Shown here piece by piece: positions 25,461 through 37,757 of a stretch of 64,000 nucleotides of DNA. A program made the translations under genes and the position numbers. The notes under the pieces are model-generated. The model made no database searches. It was not told the DNA's origin and saw only the letters and a list, made by a program, of their open reading frames with translations. Source of the DNA: Lama guanicoe. Its lineage: Eukaryota. The stretch spans positions 4,725,775-4,789,774 of the forward strand of contig MU053482.1 in assembly GCA_013239625.1 (NCBI GenBank), in the 5' to 3' direction. Each line of letters opens with the position of its first letter. The stretch's first letter is position 1.

Positions 25461-25669
25461 CACAGGCTCCAAGCAAGACCAAGATGTCTCCTGGGAAATG
25501 AGCTTTTTTCCTAGATTAGGTGGAGCTCTATCTGCCCTGGTAGGCGTTAGCTCCACCAAGTGTACACTGCTCAGCCCTGAGGTTGACCAGTAAGCCTTGC
25601 CTACCTGCCAATATGATGCCCTGAATTGCCTGTGGTTCTGGGGTCAAGCCTTGTAGGGATCATGTGAGG

Positions 25670-25705
25670 GTGTGTGTGTTTGTGTGTGTGTGTGTGTATG
25701 TGTGT
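25670..25705. repeat. (TG)n microsatellite, interrupted
   Basis: gtgtgtgtgtttgtgtgtgtgtgtgtgtatgtgtgt. Confidence 0.95.
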
Positions 25706-26439
25706 AATGGGGGTCACTGACTCAGAGCTCAAGGACTATGAATGACCTCACAGGGTGGGGAAGTAGAGATGTGAAAACATGTCAGGAATATCCCTTTTGC
25801 TTGCCTCAGTTTCCCCCTTATCCATTCAGTTACTGCAGTCTTCTTTTATCTTGAACACAGTAAGGAGAGGGGAAAAACAGTTAGGAGTTCTAGCTTTGGA
25901 CTGAATGGTGGATCAGCAGACTGGGTCTCTAATACCAGCCAAGACACTCATTTGCTGAGTAACTTGGAGTAGACATTTTGACTTCACCAAGATTGTTTGT
26001 TTTTCCATAAGATGGAGAGGTTGGTCTAGTTCAGTGAATGGGAACTTTAAATCTTTTTCTTTTGTGTTTTTCAAAGCTGCATAACATTTCTCCAAAGAAA
26101 ATCACAAGACAGAGCAGAGCTGCCCTGGTCAAGCTGGGGACCTCACACTTAGGCACATGCACTCCCCTCGTGGATGCTGCTGAGAAGCCACCAGAGAACC
26201 CCAGGGCTTCAAAGAGCACCATTTGAAAACCACAGATCTAAAGCCCTTGACAAGGGTGGCTGGCCACCCCAATGCTACTCCTCCCTTTTCTCCTCACCTC
26301 CATGTAGAGGCTGGAAAGTTAAAATAATGAAAAGTAATATTGAGTCATGGAGATTTAGCTAAAGACTTCCGTCAAAACAAAGGAGGGATTTATATCTCAT
26401 AACCTCTAGCAAACTTCTTATTATCCTCATTGGATATGG

Positions 26440-26865
26440 GGATGGACTGACTGCAAAACAGACATAATTCTCCACTCACCCAGTATCCACACCCTCCGCA
26501 ATGCGACCTACTGTAGCTCCTCCCATCAAGAGATGGAATGAGTTTCCCCACCCTTTGAACGTGTGCTGGCCTTCAGGTTTGCTTTGAACAATATTTAGTG
26601 GAAGTGACAGCATGCCAGCTTCAAGCTTAGGTCTTAAGAAGTCTTGTGTCTTTTCTCTGTCTATTAAGCCCCTGCTACCGCCCTGAGACTGGCCTGGGTT
26701 AGCCGCTGGGGAGTGAGAGGTCACATAGAGCAGAATCGACTTGTCCCAGCTAAGGCCACAGCAGAGCAGCCAGCCCCCGGCCACCTACCTGAAGACACGT
26801 GGGCAACTAGACACATGAGAAATAATAAATGGTGGTTGTTTTAAGTCATACATTTTGGGGTAGTC
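26440..26865 (+). mobile_element. MLT1G/H-like MaLR LTR
   Basis: gctcctcccatcaagagatggaatgagtttccccaccctttgaa...aataataaatggtggttgttttaagtca...ttttggggtagt. Confidence 0.8.
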
Positions 26866-28659
26866 TACTTGTGTTCCAGCGATCTATTACTAAGTAACAA
26901 ATACCCCAAACCATGCCCAGCTGGGAAGTATTCGCTGGTACACTTAACCCTTCTGTACCTAGGGTTTGTCTTTCATTTTCCTAAGGGCTCTTCAGTGTGG
27001 GAATGAGGAAATGCAACTGTCTAAATTAAAAAGTGAATGAATAGAGTCAATGCTAGTTAAGTGCTTTGTCAATACCAGGTGCTACGGAGGGGAAAATCAG
27101 ACGATTAACAGGTTCAAGTTGAGATGCTCAACTTATTACCTATACAATGAGGAGGCTGAAGATGTCAGGCCCAGCTGCAGAGCCTGGACATCCTCTGTTT
27201 AGCTTCTCCCAGGCCCATCGCTCAGTGAAACCAGGCCTGACTCAGTAGTAAGAGCCCCCCTCTGTGTACTGGGAAAGGGAGGATCAAATCTGTGTTCATG
27301 ACTCAAGTGGTACTTGGGAAGCCGCCACCTGGGGCCCCCATCTCTCTTCTCAGTTCCAGCCCTTACCAGCCCAATCTGAGCGACCAGGCTTTTGCTCCAA
27401 TTCTCACAGTTTCCCAGTGAATAGGGAGTCCTCTGGGCCCCATTTGGCTGGGACTGTAAGCTCTTGCTCACTTCTCCCATCTGTCCCCTTGTAGACTGGC
27501 TCCTGTTCCTGAATCCAAAATGACTTCCTACTTCAGACAGAAAGTCCCCTCAGAAGTGAGGTGCTGCTGTCCACCTAAGGACAAAGGACTCAAGCTCCGG
27601 CCAGAGTCCCTGCCAGAGTCCCTGCCAGCTCTACGGCCAGTCGTTACCAGCCCTGAGGGCCCAGGTCCTTCTATCCCGTCCCATGTGCCTTGCAGCTGAG
27701 CCCAGCGGGTCACCACAGGAAGCATGCGGATGCCTCCTCTGTTGACTGGGGTTTTGGCTTGCTTTGGCACCAACTTCCTGTCTGCCCTATTTCCTATTGA
27801 GGGGTAAACTGGACTGGTTTTTAATTAGGTGCATACCCTGGAGAGCCTGGAGGAAGAGCGGGCTGCACAGAACTCCTTCAGCAGCCTTCATTCAGAACAG
27901 GGTGGAGTTCTGGGGAGCTGGGGGCAGCAAAGAGGAAGGTGAAAGTGAAGTCAAAAATCCAAAGTAGTTCCTTCCTGGCTGAGGTAACGCGTCTTATGTA
28001 ACTAACGGGCAGTTCATCCTCAGTCTGTGCTCACAGGAGGGCCAGCCCCTCCCCGCAGAGGCCTGCCTGTGCCCACAGCCACACCCACTGCAGTACACAC
28101 CCATCCCGCCCGTCCACTGCGAGGTGGGGTCATATTTGAACAACATCCTGCAAGTCAAGCAAGATAAAGGGAGTTAAATCCACTGTAATATGCGCATATA
28201 ACAGAATATCTGAACAGAGGAAAGAAAATTTCAGGAGTTCCACCCTTTGAGTTCTATATTCCAGAAGAGGTTTTCTGTTTTGGGTTCTTTTTTAAAAATA
28301 ATGTTTAACCAAATTATATTGTTCAAATCATCTCTCTGGTGCTCCCCGTGGTCTTTAGCTGAGCCCATCTCCCAGGCTACAGAGGTCACGGGGTTGATAC
28401 GGCTTTTCTATCCCCATCTTAAAGGATAATTGGGCTCAGGATTTTCCCCTTTAGCCCTATATCCACTAGGCCCCAAAGAACCGTGCCTCCCTCTTCAGAG
28501 ACGATCCTCAGCTGTGAAAGTGTGCCCTCCTTTCTCCTTCCTCCAAGGGCAAACAAGAGCACTCTGGCAAGACTGCTGCAGTGGGGCTTCTAGACTCCCA
28601 GGACCCCAGGACACAGACTCCAGGAAAGGGAGGAGGAGGCAGGCCTGCAGCCTCCAACT

Positions 28660-28776
28660 CCACCCGCCTCCCTCCCTCCCTCTGCTTTCCCTCCTCCTTT
28701 CTCAACTTCCTCCTTCCTGTCTCTTCCTCCCATTGTCTCTCCCTTTTCCCCCTCCTCCCTCCTCTCCTCCCTCCCA
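28660..28776. repeat. Polypyrimidine/polypurine (CT-rich) tract
   Basis: About 115 bp almost entirely C/T on the + strand. Confidence 0.85.
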
Positions 28777-29849
28777 TCACAAAAGTGAGTCCATGGCACT
28801 GGACCCGGATTCCACAGTCACAGGTAGACAGAGGTTGGCTCACAATTCTGTCATTGACTCTGTGTGACCTTGATTGGATGAGTCACTGTAGCTCCCTGAG
28901 CCTTTGGGGAGATGATAGTGCCACGGAGGTGAGGACTGAATGGGTTCAGATATTTTAAGCACTTAACCCCTAGCCCAGACATTGGAGAGATGCTTAAGGG
29001 ATGTTAAGAAATCTAATCTGCATCATAAGCAGTGAGCACCTACTGTGAGCCAAATGCAAAGGGCGCAGAAGGGAGCTAGGAGAAGACCCTCAAAAAAGCC
29101 TCTGTTGTAATCTCATCATAATGTCATGTAATGATTGTTTTTATAAACCGTGTAAGGAAACTAAGTAGCTTTCCACTACCTGGGACTCAGGGACCAGATT
29201 CCAAGGGCTTCTACATGCGTTAACAACACAGAGTAGCCTGGTGGCTGGAATGAAGTCAAAACCAGACCCTGTGGCAAATTATATATCCATTCAGTCTGCT
29301 CAGCTAATTGGTTTGCCTAAAATCTACCATTTCTCCGGGCGGTTGCAATCTCTAAAAACAGGAGGAGGTCACACATCTGATGCACCTGCCCTTCTGTCTT
29401 GGAAGACAGCAAGCTCAGAGCTCTGTGCAGGCCTGCAGAGCCACCGGTGTTGGCTTGTCACAGGGTCCCCAAAAATGCCTGCTGGTTAGAGAGGCTGAGC
29501 TGGCTTCACTGGTCATGCCAGTTCTAGTTTGGGGGCTGCCTAAAGGGCCAGGTTAGGAAGAGAGCTGAAAGCCCCAGGCTAGGGGGTCCTGCTTTGATGG
29601 ACTAGGACCCCCTGGCACAGTGAGATTAGGAAGCAGGAGCTTGTGTATGGCCCCTGGGTTAGCCAAATCTTGGCAATGGGTTTGAAGAGCTTACTTTCAT
29701 TTCCTGCTGGCTTGGCTCTGCTCCCACGCAGTGATAGCTTTCTCAGAGGCTCTTTACACTGCCATTGGGAATTCCTTTGGGAATGATGCTCAGGGTTGGA
29801 TTGCCACATCCCACACAAAAGGGAACCTGAATCAGTGGAGAACTCTAGC

Positions 29850-31410
29850 TGGCCCATGGATTGGAAGATTCAGTACCACAAATATGAAGATGTCCCCAAA
29901 TTAATACATACATTTGATGAAATTCCTGTCAAAATCTCAAGAAGGGATCTCCCTACACTTTTACAAGCTGATTCTAAAATTCATATGGAAGAAAAAGGGC
30001 CAAGGCATGGCTAGAATGATTTTGAAGAAGAACAAAGAGGAAAGACTCACCCTGCCAGTTATGAAGACCTATTACGAAGCCATTGATATAAAGGCATTAG
30101 TGCAGGAATGGACCAATAGATGGATGGAATAGGACAGAGCACCAAAATAGACTCACAGGTATCCGAATACCTGACATATGACGGAGGTGACACTCATAAG
30201 GAAAGGATAGACCATTCAATAACCAATAGTTAAGTAACTGGTTATCCATATGGAAAAGTTAAAATTCAAGACGGAATGCAAAATAAAAACAATTTTTTAA
30301 TAGTAGAATGTAAGACTTTTTGGAAGAGACTATAAATAGGAAAGAATAGATTTATGACATTGGGGTAAGGAAATATTTTTTTAAATAGAGAATAACAAGA
30401 ACAACAAACCCACAGGCCATAAAGGAAACAATAAATTTGCCTAAATTAAAATTACAACATTTGTTTAAAAAAACGATAAACCAAGTGAAAAACTTGTCAC
30501 AGACTATACCCAGAACATACCAAGAACTCTTACAATCAGTAAGGAAAAGGCCACCCAGGAGGATAATCAACAGGGGGTGTGAACTGGAAATTCACAAATA
30601 AATGACACCCAAGGACCCAATAAACATAAGAAGCTTCACCTCCACGTATTTGGAGAAACGCAAATTCTGATCACAACGAGGTATCATCCCATCCCCATCA
30701 GATGGGCAAGACCTTTAAAGTCTGATAATACCAAGTGTGGACGGCAGTGGTTCATGCTAGACAGGGCAGCACTGATGAGAGAATAAATGATGCAATCACT
30801 TTGGAGAGCAATGTGTATGAGTGAAGTTGAGAATGGATATTTCTTATTTGCCCCAGCAAAACCAATTCTAGACACACAGGAAAACTCTCATACGTGTACA
30901 CAAAGAGACATATGAAAATGTCTTGCAATATCAATTATAATAGCAAAAAAAAAATCTATCAACAGGGGAATGAGCAAATAAAACATGGTATATCACTCCA
31001 TGGCATGCTATTCAACAGTTGAAACAAGTTAGCACATCTTCATGAGTAAATCTCAAATATCAACGAGGATAAATTTCAAAAACATAATGTTGCAGGGAAA
31101 AACAAACTGTAATTCCATATACTATGAGTCTATATCAAGTTAATATGTTTAAAATGTGAAATACAGTACAAAACGTTGTTTGGAAATAAATGCCTATGTA
31201 GTAAAAGTGTAAAAACATACATTAGAATGGTAAACATTACATTCATAAGGATAGGAAAAGAATCCCTTTAACATTTACTGTAATATTTCTGTTTTTAAAA
31301 AAGAAAAAAATTACATCTGAAGCAAGTAAGGCAAAATAAGATTTGCTAAGGCTCTATGGTGGGTACATGAGTGTTTGGGGTGTTATACTTTATTTCCTTA
31401 TGTTTGGAAT
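29850..31410 (+). mobile_element. Old L1 (L1M-type): decayed ORF2 C-terminal region plus 3'UTR
   Basis: Translations PKLIHTFDEIPVKI and KLILKFIWKKKGQGMARMILKKNKEERLTLPVMKTYYEAIDIK resemble L1 ORF2p ([37 protein letters not shown]); frameshifted; L1 3'UTR motifs follow. Confidence 0.9.
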
Positions 31411-31569
31411 ATTAGGGGAAAAGCCCTTAGGTCCCTGGTCTCCAACTTTCCCCCAGTGCATGGTTACGGCTTGGGAAAGAAAAAGGCAGAAATGTTTTTT
31501 GCCCTTCTATTTATAACCAGCAGTTTTCCTAGAGATTATGCATCTCCTTAACACATTTCTCACCTGTGA

Positions 31570-32060
31570 TGTTCAATGCCTTCCAAATCATCAGTTCAGC
31601 ACCAGATCAGTGCCATACATCAGGAAACAAAAATTAAGATCTCTCCCTCTTCTATACAGGAGCTTGTGGCTATTCGAGGAGACAGGCAGGTGAGGGAATC
31701 TTACTGTGATAAACGCTAAAACTGAAGTGTGTTTAAAAAAATGTGTGGGATAGCACAGTAGGAGGGAGAGATTCATAATTTATTCTGCCAAGGGGATAGG
31801 TACAGAAAAAAGCAAGAAATTGGGCTTTGAAAATTGACTAGGAGTTTGCAAGACAAAGGGGATGAGGAGAGTATAGCATGAGTAGAGAAAACAAGGCATG
31901 GAGTTTCTCTTGTGTCATGGGGCTGGAGGGCAGCATCCTGACAGGACATGTGTTTCAGAGAGGACCTTCTGACCGTGGTAGAGGATGAAAAACCCGAACA
32001 AAAGCAGGGAGACTGGTTAGAAAACCACTGGAAATGTTTCAATGAGAATTGATGAAAATC
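31570..32060 (-). mobile_element. L2 fragment
   Basis: ggagcttgtggctattcgaggagacaggca...gggctttgaaaattgactaggagtttgc...gcagggagactggttag. Confidence 0.55.
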
Positions 32061-32422
32061 TTAACTACAACATAATGATTTTTGGTTGCAGTTTTCCTGC
32101 AAAACTGCAAATTAACAGAGGATGAGACAATGGCTTAATAGGGTTTTGTTTATCTCTGTGTATCCCACAGCTCTTCCAGCTGTACCCTGCATATGATAGG
32201 AGCTCAATGAATACAAGTTGATGGGAGAGAGGGAGGGAGGAAGCAGGCAGCCCACCCCCTCCTTTTACAGATAAGAAGGCTGACAGTAAGAGATGGAGAG
32301 TGATGTTTTCAAGGACATCCTTAGCTGAAAGCTTACTATCTTTCCCTAAAACAGCAAAGAGCCCTGCAACCACTCTGTTAACAAACTGATCAGCATGTAA
32401 GTTTTTAAAGACAAAGGCTAGA

Positions 32423-32589
32423 GGAGGAAGGGTATAGCTCAGTGGTGGAGTGCATGCTCAGCATGCATGAGGCCCTGGGTTCAGTTCCCAGTACTACCAT
32501 TAAAACAAATAAAGAAACCTAATTCCTCCCCGTACAAAACAACAACAACAAACAAACAAAATACAAAAAAATGAAATGCTAAAAAATAA
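32423..32589 (+). mobile_element. Camelid tRNA-derived SINE (Vic-1 type)
   Basis: gggtatagctcagtggtggagtgcatgctcagcatgcatgaggccctgggttcagttcccagtac plus A-rich tail; TSD aaagacaaag(g/c)ctaga at 32407-32422 and 32590-32605. Confidence 0.92.
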
Positions 32590-33074
32590 AAAGACAAAGC
32601 CTAGACTGGTAAAGTTCTATTACAAGAAATCCTATTATAAAGCTGTGTTCTTCGTAAGGAAGTGCTTTCTCTTTCCCTTAGGCATAAAAAGTTACTTTAA
32701 AACAGGCTGAATTCCCTGAGATGAATAATATAAAACAATAGCCCTTCATTTGGCCTTGGGCCAAATGACAGGCTTTGGGTGGCTTGGAAAAAACCTGATT
32801 ATGCGTTGGCATTGTGTGCCGGGCAAGCCCAGCAGTAGTGAGAACTTTACAAGTCTTTTGTTCTGCCACCAAGCAGTAATTTGCTCTCCACCCCAACATA
32901 GTAAACTTCCAGTCACCTGAATAAATTTCATCTTTATTGACAGCGTGTATGCAAAGCAAAACCACCTCCACAGTGCATTCAGGTATGAAGATCTCAGCAT
33001 CCATCCTCTCTGTGATTTCTCTTGCCTGGAGAGAGACCCAGCTCTCTGTGTATGAAAAATGAATGAATGAAGAT

Positions 33075-33300
33075 AAAGGCTGACATTTACTGTGTACTTG
33101 CTGTCTACCAAGCAATGTTCTAAGGATTTCACATGTATTAACCTTGAACTCCTGACAACGTCACTGTGATGTAAGCACTATTGTTATTTTCATTTTATAG
33201 ATGAGGAAAGGAGGCACAGAGCAGTTTAGTACCTGCCTTGGGTCACATCTAACCAGGATTTAGGCAGAGGCACTCTTGCTCCAGAGCCTGAACTTTCTTA
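33075..33300 (-). mobile_element. MIR SINE
   Basis: cattttatagatgaggaaaggaggcacagagcagtttagtacctgccttgggtcaca. Confidence 0.8.
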
Positions 33301-33374
33301 TATTTTGTACCCAGTACACAGTGCCTTGAAGGAAAGAAATATATAAGAAGATGTCATTAACTCATTTGTGCATT

Positions 33375-33491
33375 TTCTTTCAGGGGAAGTAATTATGTTT
33401 ATTTATTTATTTTGATAGGGGTATGGGGGATTGAACCCAGGGCCTCGTGCATGCTAGGCATGCACTCTACCACTGAGCTATACCCTCCCTC
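33375..33491 (-). mobile_element. Camelid tRNA-derived SINE (Vic-1 type)
   Basis: ggggattgaacccagggcctcgtgcatgctaggcatgcactctaccactgagctataccctccc; TSD ctcatttgt(g/t)catt at 33361-33374 and 33492-33505. Confidence 0.92.
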
Positions 33492-33685
33492 CTCATTTGT
33501 TCATTATTTAACATTTACTGAGGGCCTACCAGTAAGGCAGGCAGAGTGGATGAAAGACATGAATCTGCCATTAAGTTGCTCAGAGCCCAAAGGGGGAGGC
33601 AGGCCACTAATCTGGTGTGAAGACCTCTGGTCGATTGGAAGATGGGGAACTGGGGAAGCATGGAGGAAGCAACTTGCTTTGCTCA

Positions 33686-33845
33686 AAGTGGTTCCCACAC
33701 TTCACGCTGCATGGGAATCACCTGAGATCTTTAAAAAATGACTGATGCCTGGCTCCCATCCCCAGACATTAGGATTTAATTGGCACTGGGAGCTTTAAAA
33801 GCTCTCCAGGTGATTCTAATGTTCAGCAGAATTTGGGAAGTATGG
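33686..33845. mobile_element. MER5A-like hAT-Charlie MITE
   Basis: agtggttcccacactt...gcatgggaatcacctgagatctttaaaaaatgactgatgcctggctccc...ctctccaggtgattctaatgttcagc. Confidence 0.85.
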
Positions 33846-33854
33846 GCTTAAAGA

Positions 33855-34590
33855 GTCATGAGTTGGTTTGCAAGTAACACAAAACCTAAGTCAAACTACC
33901 CTAAGCAAAATTAAGAAGGAGGGGCGCCGGCTGAACGTATTGGCTTACATTAAAAAAGGCAATAGGTACAAACTTCCAGTTATAAAATAAACGAGTCATG
34001 GGGATGTAATGTACAGCATCGTGACTATAGCTAATAATACCATATAACATTTGAAAGTTGCTAAGAAAGTAGATCTTCAAAGGCCTCATCACAAGAAAAA
34101 TGTTTTTTGTAACTATATGTGGTCACAGATGTTGAGTAGACTTATTGTGGAGATCATTTCATAATATACAAATAATCAATCATTATGTTGTAACCTAAAA
34201 CTAATACAATGTTACATGTCAATTATACCTCAATTAAAAAAAAAAGGAATGAGAGACAAAGGATATATGGTTTTGAGTAGGGTTTGATTGATATCTCAGA
34301 AGATGTCAGCAGGGTGAGATTTTCCTTTCCCTAGTGATGGCTCCATTCTCAGGCTCCTCTTGGTTGCAAGATACAGCAGTTCTGGTCCCTGTACCTTCTT
34401 TCTTCATGTCCAGTGGGAAGAAGAGGTCTGTTTTCCTCCCAGCTCAAATAAAAGCCCAAGATTGCTTTTCATTGGCTCTGACTTGGGCCAGAACCAATTA
34501 CTGGGGCCAGAGAGGTAGAGGTTGCTGAATGGCTTAGTCTGGGTCATGTGTCCCACCTCTGGGTCCAGAAATTGAAGGCAGCTTCATTTA
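33855..34590 (-). mobile_element. Old MLT1K/L-like LTR interrupted by an L1 fragment
   Basis: ggtttgcaagtaacacaaaacc...tattggcttacat, resuming after the L1 as cattggctctgacttggg...aaccaattactggggccagag...ctgggtcatgtgtcccacctctgg. Confidence 0.65.
33964..34245 (+). mobile_element. L1 3' end (L1MA9/artiodactyl-type)
   Basis: ggtacaaacttccagttataaaataaa...gaaagttgctaagaaagtagatctt...atgtcaattatacctcaattaaaaaaaaaa. Confidence 0.9.
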
Positions 34591-34602
34591 GAAGCCCGTG
34601 GT

Positions 34603-34733
34603 AGAGGGAGGGCATAGTTCAGTGGTAGAGTGCACACTTTGCATGCATGAAGTCCTGGGTTCAATCAATTATTCAATTTAAATAAATAAACCTAATTACC
34701 TCCCCATTAAGAAATAAAAATTAAAAAAAAAAA
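34603..34733 (+). mobile_element. Camelid tRNA-derived SINE (Vic-1 type)
   Basis: gggagggcatagttcagtggtagagtgc...gtcctgggttcaatc...aaataaataaacctaattacctcccc; perfect 15-bp TSD ttagaagcccgtggt at 34588-34602 and 34734-34748. Confidence 0.92.
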
Positions 34734-34789
34734 TTAGAAGCCCGTGGTGGACAGTGGAGGATTTGTGGCAGGTCCTGGCATGTTCTGGG

Positions 34790-35620
34790 AGCTAAGGGTC
34801 AGGAGGCAGTCAGAGCCAGATAGGGTGAAGGGGTTAACTACATTTTCTAAGGAGCTAGAGATATTTTAATAGGAAAATGTGATGATCACTTATGTATTTT
34901 AAGAATATAACTCTGATAGTTATGAAAAAGACATATGAGACTGAAAAAGTTAGTGTAGTTGTCGAAAGAAGTGAGGTTGGAGACTTGAACTAAGTGGCAG
35001 TAAGAGTGAATAGGAGGGGGGTGCTCAAAAGATGTTTCTGAATATAAACAGGATTTGTTATCCCACAGGAAAAACATTTTAGAAAAAGAGAGGAATCACA
35101 GATGACTCTGAAAATTCTTGTTTGAGAGACTGGGTTGTTGGAATACCATTAGTGAGATTAGGAACATAGATTATTAAGTGGGTTTTGGACAATTTCTGGA
35201 CATGTTGAAATTGAGATGTCTCGAGGACATCCAGGAAGTCCAATGGGCACATGAATATATGACCCTGGAACTCAGGAGAGAGCTCGAAGTCACTACTGCC
35301 TATGTGATAGGGGAAGAAGGGACAACGGACGTGAGCGCCCAAGGAGAGAGGTGGAGGCAGAAGAGCAGGAAGAGGCTGAAGTGGGGCATCCAGAGAGATG
35401 GATGGGAGTGTTTAAAAATCAAAGGAAAGAGGGTTTGAAGAAGGATGCTGGTCCATAGCATCAGGTGGTGCCAAAATATTAAGGAGGGTGAAGGCTGGAA
35501 ACAGAACATGGATTTGACAACTGGGAGGCCCCTGGCACTCCAGCAAGAGCCAGGTTATAAGGTGTAGGGTGAGTGACCCTGGAGGATGCAGACAGACCAA
35601 GCATGGCCGGATCACTCTTC
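34790..35620 (-). mobile_element. L2 fragments
   Basis: ttggacaatttctggacatgttgaaattgagatgtct...gacatccagg...ctggaactcaggagagag...ggatttgacaac. Confidence 0.75.
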
Positions 35621-35824
35621 AGATTTTATGATGAGACTTCTTTCTAGGGCTGTGGCTCCAGGAGCTGTGCCAAGTCATTTTTATATATTTGTTTTTGTAG
35701 TTTTCTATTTTTATTTAGATTTATTTGTTTCTTTTTTTTTTTAAGTTTGATTTGGTTGATGAGAGACATGTGACCAAGCTGTCAGGAAAAAATTTAAAGA
35801 GAGAAAGGCTGAAGAGAAAGTGAT

Positions 35825-36045
35825 TTGCCACAGAGACTGAAGCAGATAAGTGATTGCCAGGGGCCGAGGAGAGAGGAATGGAGAGTGATGGCTTAATGGG
35901 TGTGGGGTTTCCTTTTGGGGTGATAAAAATGTTCTGGAACTGGAGAATGGTGATAGTTGTACAACACTGTAGATTTGCTAAATGCCACTGAGTTTTATAC
36001 TTTGAAATGGTTGAAGTGGTGAAGTTTTTGTTATGTGTATTTTAA
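35825..36045 (+). mobile_element. L1MB-like 3' end fragment
   Basis: gtgattgccagggg...ggggtttccttttggggtgataaaaatgttctggaact...ggtgatagttgtacaacactgt...aatgccactga. Confidence 0.85.
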
Positions 36046-36084
36046 ATGTCCATCCTTTCCCAGACACACACACACGCACACAGT

Positions 36085-36510
36085 GATTTTATTATCTTGC
36101 TTAGTGGGTTTTATGTGGATCACTTTATTTAATCCTAAAAACATCCTTAATACAACTTTATAAGTACTTCATTTTTCCCATCTTACACAAGAGGAAACTG
36201 AGGTTCAGAAAGATTGATTAATTTATCCAAAAATCACACAACTAGATTTGAGATTCCAATCCAAGCTGATTTACTACAAAGCCTAAACTTTTTAAAAAAA
36301 TTTTTTTTATTGTTGTTGGGGGAGATAATTAGGTTTATTTATTCTTAGAGAACGTATTGAGGATTGAACTCAGGAACTCATGCATGCTAAGCTTGCACTC
36401 TACCGCTTGAGCTATGCCCTCCCCTCCCCACTTCCTTTCTCCTCCCCTCCCCCTCCCTTCCTCTCCCCTCCCCCTCCCAAAGCCTAAACTCTTAACCTCT
36501 CTTTTATACT
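36085..36510 (-). mobile_element. MIR SINE interrupted by a camelid SINE
   Basis: gaggaaactgaggttcagaaagattgattaatttatccaaaaatcacacaactag...caaagcctaaact[SINE]cttaacc. Confidence 0.75.
36290..36477 (-). mobile_element. Camelid tRNA-derived SINE with G-rich 5' extension
   Basis: ggattgaactcaggaactcatgcatgctaagcttgcactctaccgcttgagctatgccctcccc then ~55 bp (CCCCT)n-like; TSD caaagcctaaact at 36277-36289 and 36478-36490. Confidence 0.9.
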
Positions 36511-37757
36511 GCCTCTACAGCTACACGATTTTGTAGGTGTATATATTGATAGTATGAACAGATCCATATTCAAGGTATTGATGGTACAAATCTCTGGGTG
36601 ATGAGATTATATAGTTTATATTCTTCCTTTTGATTGGGTACAGTTTTTATTAAAAAGAAAGATAAAACCTATTTTTCTTATAAGGAAGAAACAGATTTTA
36701 GAGGTACTTCTCTGAAGGAGATGTTATGGATGTAAAACTTCACAGAGGCACAGACAAGTCTGCAGAATATTGAAGGAGAATGAAGCACCAAGGCAATAAG
36801 GAAGACTGCTCAAGGTGGTGACCCAGAGCACAGTCTGCAAGGGAGTGACAGTAATTCGAGGTGAAAAGGAAGAGGGAGAAAAGCAGGCATGAAGCCCCGA
36901 GGCCAGGAGGGATGGGGTCAGAATACAACTGGGTGATGTTTCTTCTCATGGCGCCTCTTTCCTGGGCCTCCCTCTGCCCCCCTCCCAGGTCCCTCTGTTC
37001 TTACTCTGCCCTGAGTGAACCCTGCAACATAAATTTGTTTTGCTCCAGACTGTCCATGGGGCAGCCACAGCCTTGTTCTGAGATGCTATCCTCAGTCCTC
37101 AGGGGAATCGAAAACCTCGAGGGCTGGCCTCTCAGGCATTCTTAGAAGGCCGCTGCGGCCATGGCTTCCTGCTTTGTCCTGGGATCCTGTGACTCTCGGG
37201 CACAAGCCCAGAGCAGCCCTCACTCAATCACTTCTTTGATTTTCTCCCAGTTGAACTGTCAGGGATTGTTGGCCAGTGGGAGGGTGCTGAGTGGTGAACT
37301 GTGCAGAGAAACAATGATTGTGTTTCTTTGGGCCAAAAGTCAAATGTCTTTTCCAAACATGCGTGTGCAGAGAGGGATCAGGCCCCTTCAGATGAGACAA
37401 GGCCTGAGCCAGGTTGCCTAACGTGCAACTTGCTTGGTGACCAACAGATCTATCATGTATGTCCTCTTGCCAGTGTTTTTATGTCTTTTGGGGGTATATC
37501 CGTCCCTTTTTTTTGCCATGTCTTTGGTATCCTTACATTTTAAACTGACATGTCTAAGAATCTTCCCTATTTCTGGTAAGTATACATCACATTTGCAGTG
37601 CTTTTATAATTAATGAGGTACGTGCTTCAGGCAAGCCTCAGAGTGACTAGGTGACCAGAGCTGACACTCAGGAGCTAGACAGACCAAGGTTTGAATCCTA
37701 GTTCTGCCAGATACTAGGACACAGTACTTAACTTTCCTGATCTTTGGTTTTTCCAAG

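Noticed and set aside
27595..27628. Short duplication ccagagtccctg x2.5 and other small simple repeats (24066-24087, 25214-25236)
   Set aside because: Ordinary slippage products with no further structure.
29796..30132. ORFs with real protein similarity
   Set aside because: They are frameshifted remnants of L1 ORF2p, not a host gene.
32423..32495. tRNA genes at the SINE heads (also ~9645-9716, 33420-33489, 34605-34665, 36355-36424)
   Set aside because: A/B boxes are present, but the copies are diverged, have A-rich tails and are flanked by TSDs, so they are SINEs.
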